The notes under the pieces are model-generated. The model saw only the letters and a list, made by a program, of their open reading frames with translations. It made no database searches and had not been told where the DNA came from. This document shows positions 11,950 to 23,674 of a stretch of DNA of 64,000 bases, piece after piece. Source of the stretch: Octopus sinensis. Its lineage: Eukaryota. Numbering within the stretch: the stretch's first letter is position 1; every line of letters starts with the position of its first letter. The position numbers and the translations under genes were made by a program. The DNA lies in contig NC_043013.1 of NCBI RefSeq assembly GCF_006345805.1, forward strand, positions 42,098,001 to 42,162,000. Reading direction: 5' to 3'.

Positions 11950-12333
11950 CTAGCAGTATCGCCCGGCGTTGCTCAGGTTTGTAAGGGAAATAACTATAAA
12001 GCATTTTTAGAGAGTTATAGCCAAAAAATAGCAAAAAAATGGAAAAAAATGATGGTAAATTTTTTTTTTTAGTTAAAAAAAGGTGGAGTTGCGTCCCCTA
12101 GACAGTTTGCGGTTTGTGTTTCTGATTCTCGACCCCATGTCGAATTTATCGATCTTTTTCAGAACTGGGGGAACTTTTCAAAATTTTCGCTGCGTTAGTT
12201 TTGAATTATGACATTGGGCTATGTGTGTCTCAAGTTTCATCAGAATCGGTTGAAAGCCGTGGTCAGGGTGAGGGTACAAGCAAACAGACACACAGAAAAC
12301 GCACAGACAAACTGCCGTTTATATAGAGAGAGA
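11950..12333 (-). mobile_element. Non-autonomous Helitron
   Basis: A|TC 5' end, subterminal hairpin, CTAG|T 3' end. The terminal ~25 bp closely resemble the end of the element at 14259. Internal acag/acac motif. Confidence 0.8.
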
Positions 12334-13007
12334 TTAGTCATGTTCCAGGCTAGTAGAGTCAGCATGGTACCACAGTGTGCAACGTGTGACAATTATTTCA
12401 CTGACATCTGCTGAGGGTCACTCATACATGTGAGGTTACCCTAACTATCAACGGTATGTTCCCTCCCAGATGTGGTTCTCGGCTACAATCGAATACTTGA
12501 TGTAGGGATACAACACAGCATCGAAGCGTATAGCCTGTGGCTGTAGCCCCGATGCACACCGAGTGCTGATCACAGGTCTTAATGTTACCGTGAATATCAA
12601 GGGGGTGTGGCCTGTTCCAGATATGATTATCGGCGGCCTACAATCGAATACTAAAAGTGGGGACCAAAATCTGATCGCTAGATAATAACTACAGTATAAT
12701 AAACACCATGAGACAATGAGTGGGTCTCTAAACGGTCACTTGACTTACTAGAAATAGAAACCAAACCAAAATCTCTCTCAAATCGTACTCTACTGTCTAG
12801 AAAAAAAAAACTGACTTACTAGACAGTGTAGTTTCTGATGTTCAAAATGAATGGATGGTCAGACGTCTTTCAAACTGAAAGTATTATCTCACATTAGAAT
12901 AGAAACGCAATACTGAAATAGTGTAAGATATAAGAGATTGCTCTGGGCTCGCATTAGGTAACAAGACAGTGTAGTTTTGGAATGCATTATAATATATATA
13001 TATATAT

Positions 13008-13123
13008 CACCGTGATCACCGTGGCCGACCAGGCTATCAGATGTTGCTACACATCGCCGGTCACAATGCGCTTCGCATTGCTTTAGCCTTCAAATGACGC
13101 CACCCCGCTGGCTAAGCGAGCAG

Positions 13124-13127
<4 letters not shown>
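13008..13127 (-). mobile_element. SINE 3' fragment inserted in (TA)n
   Basis: Near-identical to 24070-24180, and homologous (reverse complement) to the tail at 56760-56870 of a tRNA-headed SINE starting near 56617. Confidence 0.7.
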
Positions 13128-13167
<40 letters not shown>

Positions 13168-14215
13168 TATATATATAGGACAGACTTCTTTCAAACTGAA
13201 AGTATTATCTCACATTACAATTGAAACGCAATACTGAAATAGTGTAAGATATAAGAGATTGCTCTGAGCTCGCATTAGGCAAGAAGACAGTGTAATTTCT
13301 GATGTTTCTGAGCCTACTTGGGGCTAGACAACACTAGGAACAACATAAGAATATGTTTTTTTTTTAGTTTAAACACAAGGCCAGTAACTTTGAAGAGAGA
13401 TTAGTCGATGCTATCGAGCTCCCAATACTCGATTAATACTTTATTTCATCGACCCTGGAGGAATGAAAGACAAAGTCAACCTCGGTGGGATTTGAACTCG
13501 TGACGTAATAATCCGGAAGAAATACCGCTGGGTCTTTTTCCCGAGCTCTAATGATAAGGCCAAGCCAACGAGAAAGCTGGTACGTAGCCATCCAACCCGT
13601 CAGAAATTATTTTAAGGGAAAGAAGGATAGATTAAATAATAGGATCTTTAACATTCATGATGAATAATACACAGGACTGTCATAGATGGAACGGATTTGA
13701 ATATAGGTCTGCTCAAACAAGACTGACATGGAATTATACAACACTGGCATGCGAAAATGATAAAGATATTTTAATAACAGACATCAATAACGAGCAAATT
13801 AAATAAACGTTACAGCTTAGAAGCGAGCGAGAAGGGTGATAGGATGGTCACGGGTGGAACGCCGTCGATCATATGTCATTGAGATCGGAGCTGGGGAATT
13901 ACGAAGCAATTACATCGGCTTATGTAATTGTATTGTTAAAACCATTATGGCATGTACGAAATATATCTATGTCTGTCTGTTAAAGCAATTGCAATTTGTA
14001 ATTTGTAATTAATTGATGCTAAAGAAAAATGATACTGACGTGTAGAGTCACTGAAAGGTTATTAATAAGTTGCATAGAGAGAAAGACTAACACGTACCTT
14101 ACACACACACACATCTGTGCATCTATATGTGTGTGTGTGTGTGTGTGTATTAATATTCAGGGCAAGCGAGTAAGTACACTGGCTTTGTATGTACATACAC
14201 ACATACACATTAATT

Positions 14216-14258
<43 letters not shown>

Positions 14259-14261
<3 letters not shown>

Positions 14262-15414
14262 GCAGAGATACCCGGCGTTGCTCGGTATTAAAATGGCATT
14301 GTTCGTATTTAATATATTACAGTTATGTTGAAACAGGTGATATGGGGAGGTGTAGCATTGACAACACAATATTTGTGGAGTAAATGCTGGCCTAATTCGA
14401 CTAAGCAACATGCTATGCGTCCGTTTGGAGTATTTCAGGTCCTAACCTGTCATGGAAAATTGGAGGTGGGTGTTATGTGATTTTTGAACGCACCGAAAAG
14501 CTGTGGATATACTCTTGTTTGCAGTTGTCAGCGTTGTGTCTAACACGACCCATCATCTGAAATTTTAACACCCCCTTCGGGTTTGTTGTCCTACATCACT
14601 CGAAGTAAATTTGGAGGAACTGTGGTTATTCATTTGTGGGTAACAGGGAACCAATGAGATGATAGACTTGCCCTTGAACTTTGACGTCGGCGTAAATTCA
14701 TGTTTATCTTCTTATCCTTTGACTGGATGGAAGCGTCTTCTAGAAGATCCATAAGAGGTTGAGAAGGAGCTGGTAGTGCTGGCAATGTTACCTGCCCGCC
14801 TGAGCAGCACATACCATTTGTTTCATTTGAAAATTTGAAAGCTCTACAGAAACGACAATTTGTGTTTAGCACACCAATTTGGACAGAGTTGTTTTTATAA
14901 TAATGGGATGACTCATATCTGAAAACAGCTTCAGGAGTTGTGAAGAACGAATTTGTACGTAGTCTGTTTCTGAGAGTTATTCTACTGGACCTCTGTCTAA
15001 TCATCAAACATTGATTTAATGATCCGGCATTAAGTGCTGCAACATGCATTTGCTGATCTTGAGAAAATCTCATCTCTCTTTAGACTCATGCCTTCGGTTT
15101 CCCACAATCCTCCTTGCTTTATACTTGTTTATGGAGCGATTATGTCTTTTCTGTGTTTCTTCCCGCTCATTCCGTAAAAATTTATTTGATGAGAGCAAAA
15201 ATTGAAAGAAGAGAAAGCGAAAAGGACAGAGAAAGAAAGTGAAAGATGTATGTACGTCTATATGAAATGGACGCGTGTGTGTGTGAGAGAGAGAAAGAGA
15301 TTGATAAAGGGAGATAGAGTGAATGAGTGAGTGAAAGTGTGTGTCGTGATGATTGATGTCTTTTAAGGTACACACATAAACATTTTATACGATGACGTCA
15401 CATTTTCTATAAGA
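14259..15414 (-). mobile_element. Internally deleted Helitron retaining the RepHel N-terminal coding fragment
   Basis: On -, A|TC start at 15414, and GC-rich subterminal hairpin (CCGAGCAACGCCGG) plus CTAG|T end at 14259. ORF segment AVFRYE...VQIGVLNTNCRFCRAFKFSNETNGMCCSGGQVTLPALPAPSQPLMDLL is typical of the Helitron RepHel N-terminus and stops abruptly near 14718. Confidence 0.85.
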
Positions 15415-16199
15415 TAGTTGATTTATGGAAAAGATTATAATGTTACAATTTTGAAATGCAAATATGTGAATGGAAATTAAGTTTAATTTGTAACCGAATC
15501 AGAACTGAATCTTTTGATACCCCATACGTCAAAATCTGTAACTCGGTTTTGGAATGCATTATATATATATATATATATTATATATATATATATATATATA
15601 ATATATATATATATATATAGGACAGACTTCTTTCAAACTGAAAGTATTATCTCACATTACAATAGAAACGCAATACTGAAATAGTGTAAGATATAAGAAT
15701 TGCTCTGGATTCGCATTAGGCAAGAAGTTGGAAATTTATTTGGCCTGTGACACTGCATGGACCTTGGCTTTTGTATTTGACGGCCGTTGCTTAAGTATTT
15801 TATTTCGATTTTATGTGTATATGTATGTATGAACCAATATGTATATAGAAGACCTCTACATGATAGCTAGACCTGGTAGAAATACCAGCCAAATCTCCCT
15901 CAAAACACCCTACTGTCTTAATCCGATAATGTAGTTTGAATGAGAAACTGTAACTAAAGATTAAGATTATTAACCCCAAACTTGGACTGTGTTAAGTAGT
16001 GGAGATGTTTGGTGATTGCATGTGGTGGTTACTTTTGACTGGTTCTTCTCAGTAAGGATAATTGATTGATGACTATTCTTAACACAATATATATATAACT
16101 TAAAGTGGAATCGGACATCATAAGAGAGACAGTATAGCGACGGTTTGGGCTGACTGTCATCGTGTACTCCCTTTGTTGCTAGCGAAATGGTATGTGCCG

Positions 16200-16428
16200 G
16201 CTGTCTGAGCAAACACGTTGCTTTTAATGACGGAACAAACAGGACAAAAAGATGACAAAATTAGCGATTTTCACTTTGAAACTAACAATTTTGAAAATCG
16301 TTTTAGATTACGAAACGCCTCGCTCCCTCATTTATCTATGTTTAAAATTTCAGCGCGATCAGATGAACAACACTAGAGTTATAAGCGCACAAACAGACAG
16401 ACAGACAGAACGGATTTTGTATATTAGA
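16200..16428 (-). mobile_element. Partial non-autonomous Helitron-like element with (ACAG)n
   Basis: Ends ...acagacagacagaacggattttgtatattagat, the same architecture as the 12333 end. Other end not resolved. Confidence 0.5.
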
Positions 16429-16635
16429 TATATGCGCACGCACGCGTACACTGTTTTTTTTTTTATATATAATAAAACCAATTTTGCATTAAATTCAAGG
16501 ATTACTCGATACACTTCGTTGAGTACAGATTTATTATTCTTTAACAATAATAATGTTGACAGTTATTTCGAAGTTTCGGCCTGTTAAGCTATGATAGATG
16601 ATGGACAGGCGGATGGATAGATAGATAGATAGGTG

Positions 16636-16865
16636 CGGCGAGCTGGCAGAAACGTTAGCACGCCGGGCGAAATGCGTAGCCGTATTTCGTCTGCCGTTAC
16701 GTTCTGAGTTCAAATTCCGCTGAGGTCGACTTTGCCTTTCATCCTTTCGGGGTCGATTAAATAAGTACCAGTTACGCACTGGGATCGATGTAATCGACTT
16801 AATCCGTTTGTCTGTCCTTGTTTGTCCTCTCTGTGTTTAGCCCCTTGTGGGTAGTAAAGAAATAG
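16636..16865 (+). mobile_element. SINE family B; representative copy
   Basis: gcggcgagctggcagaaacgttagc head with B-box-like gagttcaaattcc and core gtcgactttgcctttcatcctttcggggtcga. Many copies, e.g. 1810-1982(-), 11690-11890(-), 33040-33510(-), 36680-36905(-), 55015-55220(+), 59380-59520(-). Confidence 0.85.
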
Positions 16866-19800
16866 ATAGGTAGATAGATAGATAGATATGTGCACACGTG
16901 TATACAGGTGTGTATTCACACGTCTAGTTAAATTGATTCACAAAATCTGCATTTTTTAGAAGGGAGTAAAAAGTCGTGTGTGTGTGTGTGTAAAAAGGGG
17001 CGTGTGTCTCCAAAACTCCAAAGTTGAGTAACGGAGGACACCGATAGAATAAAAGTAAGTACTGTGGTCGAGTGATTCGACTAAAAAAAAAAAAATCAAG
17101 GCGGTGCCCCAGCATGGTCGCAGTCTAGCGACTAAAACAAAACAAGTAACTGAGAAATGATCAGTCTTAGACTCATTTTGTACTTTGATCAGCCAATTCT
17201 TCTACGCCATCATCCGCCATCGTCGCCGCCTCCTTATTTTTCTTCTCTTTTCTCTTCTTGCTTTTCTTCTTCGTCCTCCTCCGCCTTTTCTTTTCTTCCT
17301 CTCGGCTCTCCTCCTCTTCCTTTGCCTCTTGTTCTTTTCCCGCCTTTTGTTCTTCCTTTCCTTTTCCTTCTTTCTCTTTCTCTTCTCAGAGGCACAGAAT
17401 GTGGAACCTCGCTTTTTTTTTTTTACCAACAACAGCTGTGCCCCTAAGTATTAGGTTTTCGTATGAGAACTTAACCCCTACCGACGATACTTGGGACCCC
17501 CTCTGTGTGTCTGTGTGTGTACGCGCGCGGGCATTAAATTAAAAAAATATATATATTCTTGCTGTGATTTTCTTTAATTATTTTCATTTTTAATTTTCCT
17601 GTAATGACATTATCGCAAAGATTTACGTCCTTAACGAAACGCAACGACTTACTCTTGACCCAGTTCCCATGTTTGAAACATGTCTGGAGCACCACTGATG
17701 ATGATGCTGTCGTCGTTGTCATCGTCATCATCGCCGTCGTCGTCGTCGTCAGCGTTGTCGTTGTTGTTGTTGTTTTATTGTTGTTTTAACATTTCCTCCA
17801 TTACGTAAGCCTCGTGTGATCAGGAAAGTGGTTTTCTGATGCTGGAGAGAGCGGAACTGAATCAATAAACGATAATTAGTATAATTAACCTTAGAGCCGA
17901 GTCAAAGGAAGTTTGGGAATTGTTCCTTGCAACGACGTACACATGCGCGCACACTAACACACACACAAAAACACACACACACACACAGCCCCTTATTAAA
18001 CTCTCCCCCCCCCCTACACACGTTTCCCCTTAATGTCCACTTCTGAGTGCCCTCTTCTCCAAATGGTAAAGATCACTCTATTGCATGTGATGGGTACAGA
18101 ACTATTTTAAAGTAAGAGTGTTATAGATCGAGGGATGTTGTTGTTGTTGTTTAACCCCAGGCCAACCCCCGAATAAGTAAACCTATAAACAGCATTCCAG
18201 CTATGAACCTCTCGTATCTAACGTATCCCTTTAAGGTTAGTAAGGTTGCTTACAGCTGGAGTAATTGACCTGTCCTCAAATCAAAGATTGCCAGTGGTTC
18301 CTTAAAACAATAAATGTGCGCGCGCACAAATGCACGTGTGCACGCATGCAGGAAACCTTTATTAAGCTACTCCCCACTGCGTATGTTTACCCTTAATGTC
18401 TTCTTATGAGAACCGTCTGTCCTCTAAATACAGGCCTGTCACTAGTCTTTGGTGCCTGAGAGTGTTTCAGAATATTCTGAGTGGTCACTAATTTGCATCG
18501 CGGAAAGATTTTCGTAAGGTGTATTTTCTACATCTGAGGGTGCACCATTGAATAGTGCGGGGACAGAGCTGTCCAGTGCAACCCTTGGCGACGGGCATGT
18601 TAGTCAGACTTCAAGAAATGTATTACAGGAAGATTTTCGTAAGCTGTATTTTCTATATCTGAGGCTACACCACTGAATAGTGCCGGCAAGTACACCCCTT
18701 AGCGACGGGCATGTCTACATGGTAATAAAGTTCACTTTCTATGATGGGATTGTGGTAGGTATTAAACCATTGTGGGTGGGGGTCGTTACAGATTCAGTTG
18801 TTCTTTAACCCTATGTCAACCCCGAATGAGAAGAGCAATGGTTAGAGGCATTTCAGCCGTGGCTCTCACGTCTTTTACTTACACTGCCTAACATGTCCTT
18901 TTTAAAGTTAGTAGGGTTACCTGTAGCTAACGTAAGTAAAACTAGTCAAAGGAACTTTGGTAATGGGCTCTTAAAATGATACACGTGCGCGTGCAGGCAT
19001 CCTTTATTAAAATCTCCACTACACGTTTATCCTTCATGCGCCTTTGTGAGGTCCTTCTACTTTAAATAGTAAATTGTACTTTCTGTGGTGATGGGTATGT
19101 ACTGTGTGATGTATAATGGCGCATATTAAATGAGAGCGTTTGCTCTATTCTTGAGGACTGCCGTGTGTGTAAGAGTGAGAGAGAGAGATATGATGGGTAT
19201 AAACAAATAAAACCGCTTGGGTTACTCTTGTTTTTTTCTTTCTCTTTTTACTTGTTTCAGTCATTTGACTGTGGCCATGCTGGAGTACCGCCTTAAGTCG
19301 AGCAAATCGACCACAGGACTTATTCTTTGTAAGCCTAGTACTTTATTCTATCGGTCTGTTTTGCCGAACCGTTAAGTTACGGGGACGTAAACACACCAGC
19401 ATCGGTTGTCAAGCGATGTTGGGGGGGGGACGAACACAGACACCCAAACATATATACACACGTACATATATATATACGACGGGCTTCTTTCAGTTTTCGT
19501 CTACCAAATCCACTCACAAGGCTTTGGTCGGCCCGAGGCTGTAGTAGAAGACACTTGCCCAAGATGCCACGCAGTGGGACTGAACTTGGAAGCATGTGGT
19601 ACCACACAGCCACTCCTACGCCTATTAAATGAGAGCGTTAGATACATGAATAATTTATACATCTAACCTAAGCGTGTTGATTTCTTTCATTTGCGTCGTT
19701 ATCTCCTTGTCAGCTCGCCTGGATTCCTCTTATAGCCACTCTTTACCCTGCGGACTTGGTCCTCGGCAAAGATTTCGGAGTCTAAGTTCTAATCATTTCA

Positions 19801-20339
19801 GCGCTACTTAGTGTGTTCCATATTGAACACCTCCGGATCTCATCTGTAGGCTCTGCGTGTGCTCGCGCTTTTGTGTGTGTGCGTGGGCGTGTGTGTCTGT
19901 ATGTGTGTGTGTGTGTGCATAGAGAGAGAGAGATCATTCTTTCACTGGTCTCAGCTATTGAAATACGGCCATGCTGGGGCACCACTTTTATGGGTTTTAG
20001 TCGATCATATCAGCTCTATGGCGAAAGTAAAGAATGCGCACATCCGGTGTTTAGGGTTAAGGGTTAGGGTTTTTGCTACGCCGAAAACGGGTGGTGTGCG
20101 CATTCTTTACCTCCGGCCGGCTCTAGTACGTATAGTAGCTTCATGGTAAATTTGTTTACTTTTTTTTATATAACCTAGCAGCATTTCGTCCGTCTTTACG
20201 TCCTGGGTTCGAATTCCACTGAGGTCTACCATTGCCTTTCATCCTTTCAGGAGTCGATAAAACAAGTACCAGCTGCAAACTGAGGTCCACCCTCGCCTGG
20301 AAAACTGTTGGCCTTGTACCAAAAAACCGATGTGTGTTA

Positions 20340-20782
20340 GTTGCGGTGATAGTAATATTTTAGTGTTATCGTTGTTCTTGGAGGTGGCGGTGGCGTATAG
20401 TGTTGCTGGTGGTGGTGGTGTTGTTGTTACTGTTAATGATGTTAGTATTAAGGTGGTGGTGCTGGTGGTGATGTTGCAATGAAGATTATTGTAGCTGTTG
20501 TTGTTGTTGGTGGTGGTGGTGGTGATATTATTGTTAATAATGTTCGTGTCAGTGATGTTGTTCTTGGCAGTGAGTATTATTATTGTTGATAGTGATGGGT
20601 GGTGATAGTGTAGCAGGAGTAATTATTGTTGTTGTTCTTCTTCGTGGTGGTGGTGGTGGTAATAATAATTATTATTGTTGGCAGTGGTGGTGATGGTATT
20701 ATTATTATTATTATTATTATTATTGGTGGTGGTAGTGGTGGAATTATTATCGTTGTTATTATTATTATTATTATTATTATTG

Positions 20783-20813
<31 letters not shown>

Positions 20814-20841
20814 TATTATTGGTGGTGGTGGTAGTGGTGGG

Positions 20842-20889
<48 letters not shown>

Positions 20890-21022
20890 GGTGGTGGTGG
20901 TGGTGATGGTATTATTATTATTATTATTATTATTATTGATGGTGGTGGTGGTGGGATTATTATCGTTATTATTATTATTATTATTATTATTGGTGGTGGT
21001 GGTAGTGGTGGGATTATTATTG

Positions 21023-21054
<32 letters not shown>

Positions 21055-21240
21055 GGTGGTGGTGGTAGTGGTGGAATTATTATCGTTATTATTATTATTA
21101 TTATTATTATTGGTGGTGGTGGTGGTAGTGGTGGGATTATTATTGTTGTTATTATTATTATTATTATTATTGGTGGTAGTGGTGGAATTATTATCGTTAT
21201 TATTATTATTATTATATTATTATTATTGGTGGTGGTGTTC
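20340..21240. repeat. Compound (ATT)n/(GGT)n repeat with higher-order periodicity
   Basis: Alternating GGT-rich and ATT-rich blocks visible directly; source of the poly-I/G/L/V ORFs. Confidence 0.95.
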
Positions 21241-21502
21241 AGTTCTCTTCCCTATCTTTCAGTCAATTAACAATTAACTGATGTTGTTCAACAGCACAAA
21301 TTTTTAAACCATCTTCTTAGGAGCAATTGGCTTTATACACCCGACCCCCCTGCATTCTACACCACTTTAACATATATGGCTTCCGTGTCTAACATAGTGT
21401 GTCTGTGTGTGTATATACTCTGACATGTTTATATAAGAATTAGCAACGTAAGACCAAAAGTAAACAAGTTTGAAATTACATCATATATATGCATACACAC
21501 AC

Positions 21503-21546
<44 letters not shown>

Positions 21547-21989
21547 TAATAATATATATATAGAATGTGTATGAGTATATCTACATATACACACTCATCG
21601 CAGCAGCATTATTCTAATATCCACTTTGCGAAACCTGCATGTGCTGGGTTTAATTTGTTGAGGCAGATTTCTTCTACTGCGGGATGCCTTTCCTGTAGCT
21701 AACCCTCACCTATTCCTAAGTAATGCAACATTTCCCCCATAGCTGAACTTGTTCCATCGAAGATTGTAAGCAAACGACATCGCTCGTATGATGGTGATGC
21801 TTCTTTACGACTTTTACGCGATGTCATGATACACGGACACATACATACATGCTGAACACTGTGAAAGTGAATTTTTCATAAAACAGTTATATAATCATGG
21901 TAGCTAATTTTCTGAGACGTGTGTGTGTGTGTGTGGCTCTGTGTCTGTGTGTGTGTGTGTGGCTGTGTGTGTGTATGGTGGTTCTCTAT

Positions 21990-22860
21990 TCCTTATGCAG
22001 AGTTTGACCACCTTAGCGCCATCATGGCATTTGATGTGCCTTTTTAAACCAGACAATGTTCTGAAAAGACACCCACATAGATTGCACATCCGATTTGGAC
22101 CACCAAGAGCTGCAGATAAGTTCTGCTCTTTGTGGATCTTAAAATGTCTTTTGAGGCCTCGGTTGGATTTGAAAACCTTCTAGCATACACTGCATTCAAA
22201 GGTGTGCACAGACATGTAGGCAGAATAGTTGGTAGAGGTTCGTTTTCCATGCGTTCGCAGATAAAATTTGAGGCCAGCAAAAGACAGGTAAAATCGGACA
22301 GAACTTATGAGATTTCCTGGCATATGTCGCTGGCGCCAAACGCATGATTCCAAATCACCAAATGCTTTTGCTGCCCTTTGAATTCGCAGCTTTATTTCTG
22401 TATCAAGATTTCTATCATATTGAACAGAGCTTCCAAGGTAGACAACCGAATCGACAACCTCAAGTAACTTTCCCTTAACAAAAATTTTCGGGAGGGGTTA
22501 CAAACAACACCACACGCAGGTTGATCCATTACAACTGTTTTTTTTTTTCGTTTTTTTTTTTTTCAAGTTGATGGTCAGCCCAAAATCATCACATGCAGAT
22601 ACAAGAGATTGCAGACCTGTTTCAGAATAACTGACAAGATCACAATCGTTAGCGTACAAAAGTTCCCTAATGAGTGAAGTAAAAACATTCGTTTTGAATT
22701 TCAGTCTGTTCAGATTAAAAATATTCCCTGTTGTTTGATATTTTATGTAAATACCCTCCTTGGAGTTTTGAAAAGCATTTGACAGCCCAACAGCAAAGTA
22801 TATTGCAAAGAGAGTGGGTGCATCAAGGTCTCCTTGCTTTACTCCATTTTCCACAATATT
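21990..22860 (-). mobile_element. 5'-truncated RTE (BovB-like) LINE remnant
   Basis: RT motifs GVKQGD...PTLFAIYF and LIRELLYA(N)DCDL, FGLTINLKK, plus a C-terminal C2H2 finger CNLCGCLFRTLSGLKRHIKCH. Frameshifted. Confidence 0.85.
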
Positions 22861-22920
22861 TTATTAGAATGTTTAAATAACCTTATAATTCCAAATATAT
22901 ATATATATATATATAGAAGG

Positions 22921-22971
22921 AGCTTCTACAGGACTAGAACTGTTTCATTCAAGAGAAATCTTCAGGAAGCT
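22921..22971 (-). ncRNA. Type I hammerhead ribozyme motif (mirror copy)
   Basis: Reverse complement of the 23427 motif, with one extra nt in the stem II loop (TCTT). Confidence 0.65.
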
Positions 22972-23426
22972 AGTTAACAAGAATTGTATTGGCATTTATA
23001 CATTTAGGCAGGTTTAAAGGGGTGTTGGTGGGGGACTTTTTGGGGTAGGCATAGCGCAAAAATCATACTTGGGGGAGTGGTCAAGGAGTCAGTGTTAAAT
23101 TAGATAGATGTATATATGTGTGTGTGTACGTATGTGTTAGTATATGTATAATGTTTGTATGTGGTGTATATATGTATACATATGTGCAGGGTATAAGTGA
23201 GAATCTCCTTATTACCTAAAACTCTATTCCCTTTTTTTATATATATTTTTATATATTTTTTAATATTTTTTAATTTTTTTATTTATTCTTCTATAATTTA
23301 ACACTGACTCCTTGACCACTCACCCCAAAGTATGATATTTTGCGCTATGCCTACCCCAAAAAGTCCCCACCAACACCCCTTTAAACCTGCCTAAATGTAT
23401 AAATGCCAATACAATTCTTGTTAACT

Positions 23427-23476
23427 AGCTTCCTGAAGATTTCTCTGAATGAAACAGTTCTAGTCCTGTAGAAGCT
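23427..23476 (+). ncRNA. Type I hammerhead ribozyme motif
   Basis: Stem I AGCTTC/GAAGCT, core CTGAAGA, stem II T-TTC-TCT-GAA-T, GAA, stem III ACAG/CTGT with a TTCTAGTC loop, cleavage triplet GUA (A at 23470). The 10.1-11.1 pair is U-U (non-canonical). Confidence 0.65.
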
Positions 23477-23674
23477 CCTTCTATATAATAAATTAATTTT
23501 ACTCTACTATGTATTGAGTACCTTATTTAGTGGTTAACCCCGAATCAACCCGGGGACCTACATATATATATATAGATTATATATTATATATATATATAAG
23601 GATAAAAATTTTTCAGAAAAACTTCCATCAAAAGTGGCAGCATATTAAAATACTTATAAAGGTTAAAATTATAA

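Larger units (their letters stand above)
22915..23484. mobile_element. Inverted-repeat element (~190-bp arms, ~190-bp spacer) with hammerhead motifs; Penelope-like pseudo-LTR pair
   Basis: Arms 22915-23102 and about 23296-23484 differ by only a few indels. Outer ends abut TA runs. Each arm carries a type I hammerhead motif. Confidence 0.7.

Noticed and set aside
18480-18715. Duplicated - strand peptide with a YENL motif
   Set aside because: The visible differences between the two copies in the aligned core are non-synonymous, and an indel breaks the frame; no sign of coding constraint.
20626-21277. 200-214-aa ORFs (poly-I/G, poly-L/V) and other long ORFs at 4780-5538, 25282-26526, 38646-39365, 40374-41108, 46016-46702, 60391-60945
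   Set aside because: They are translations of microsatellites, low-complexity DNA or SINEs, with no domain signal or splice context.
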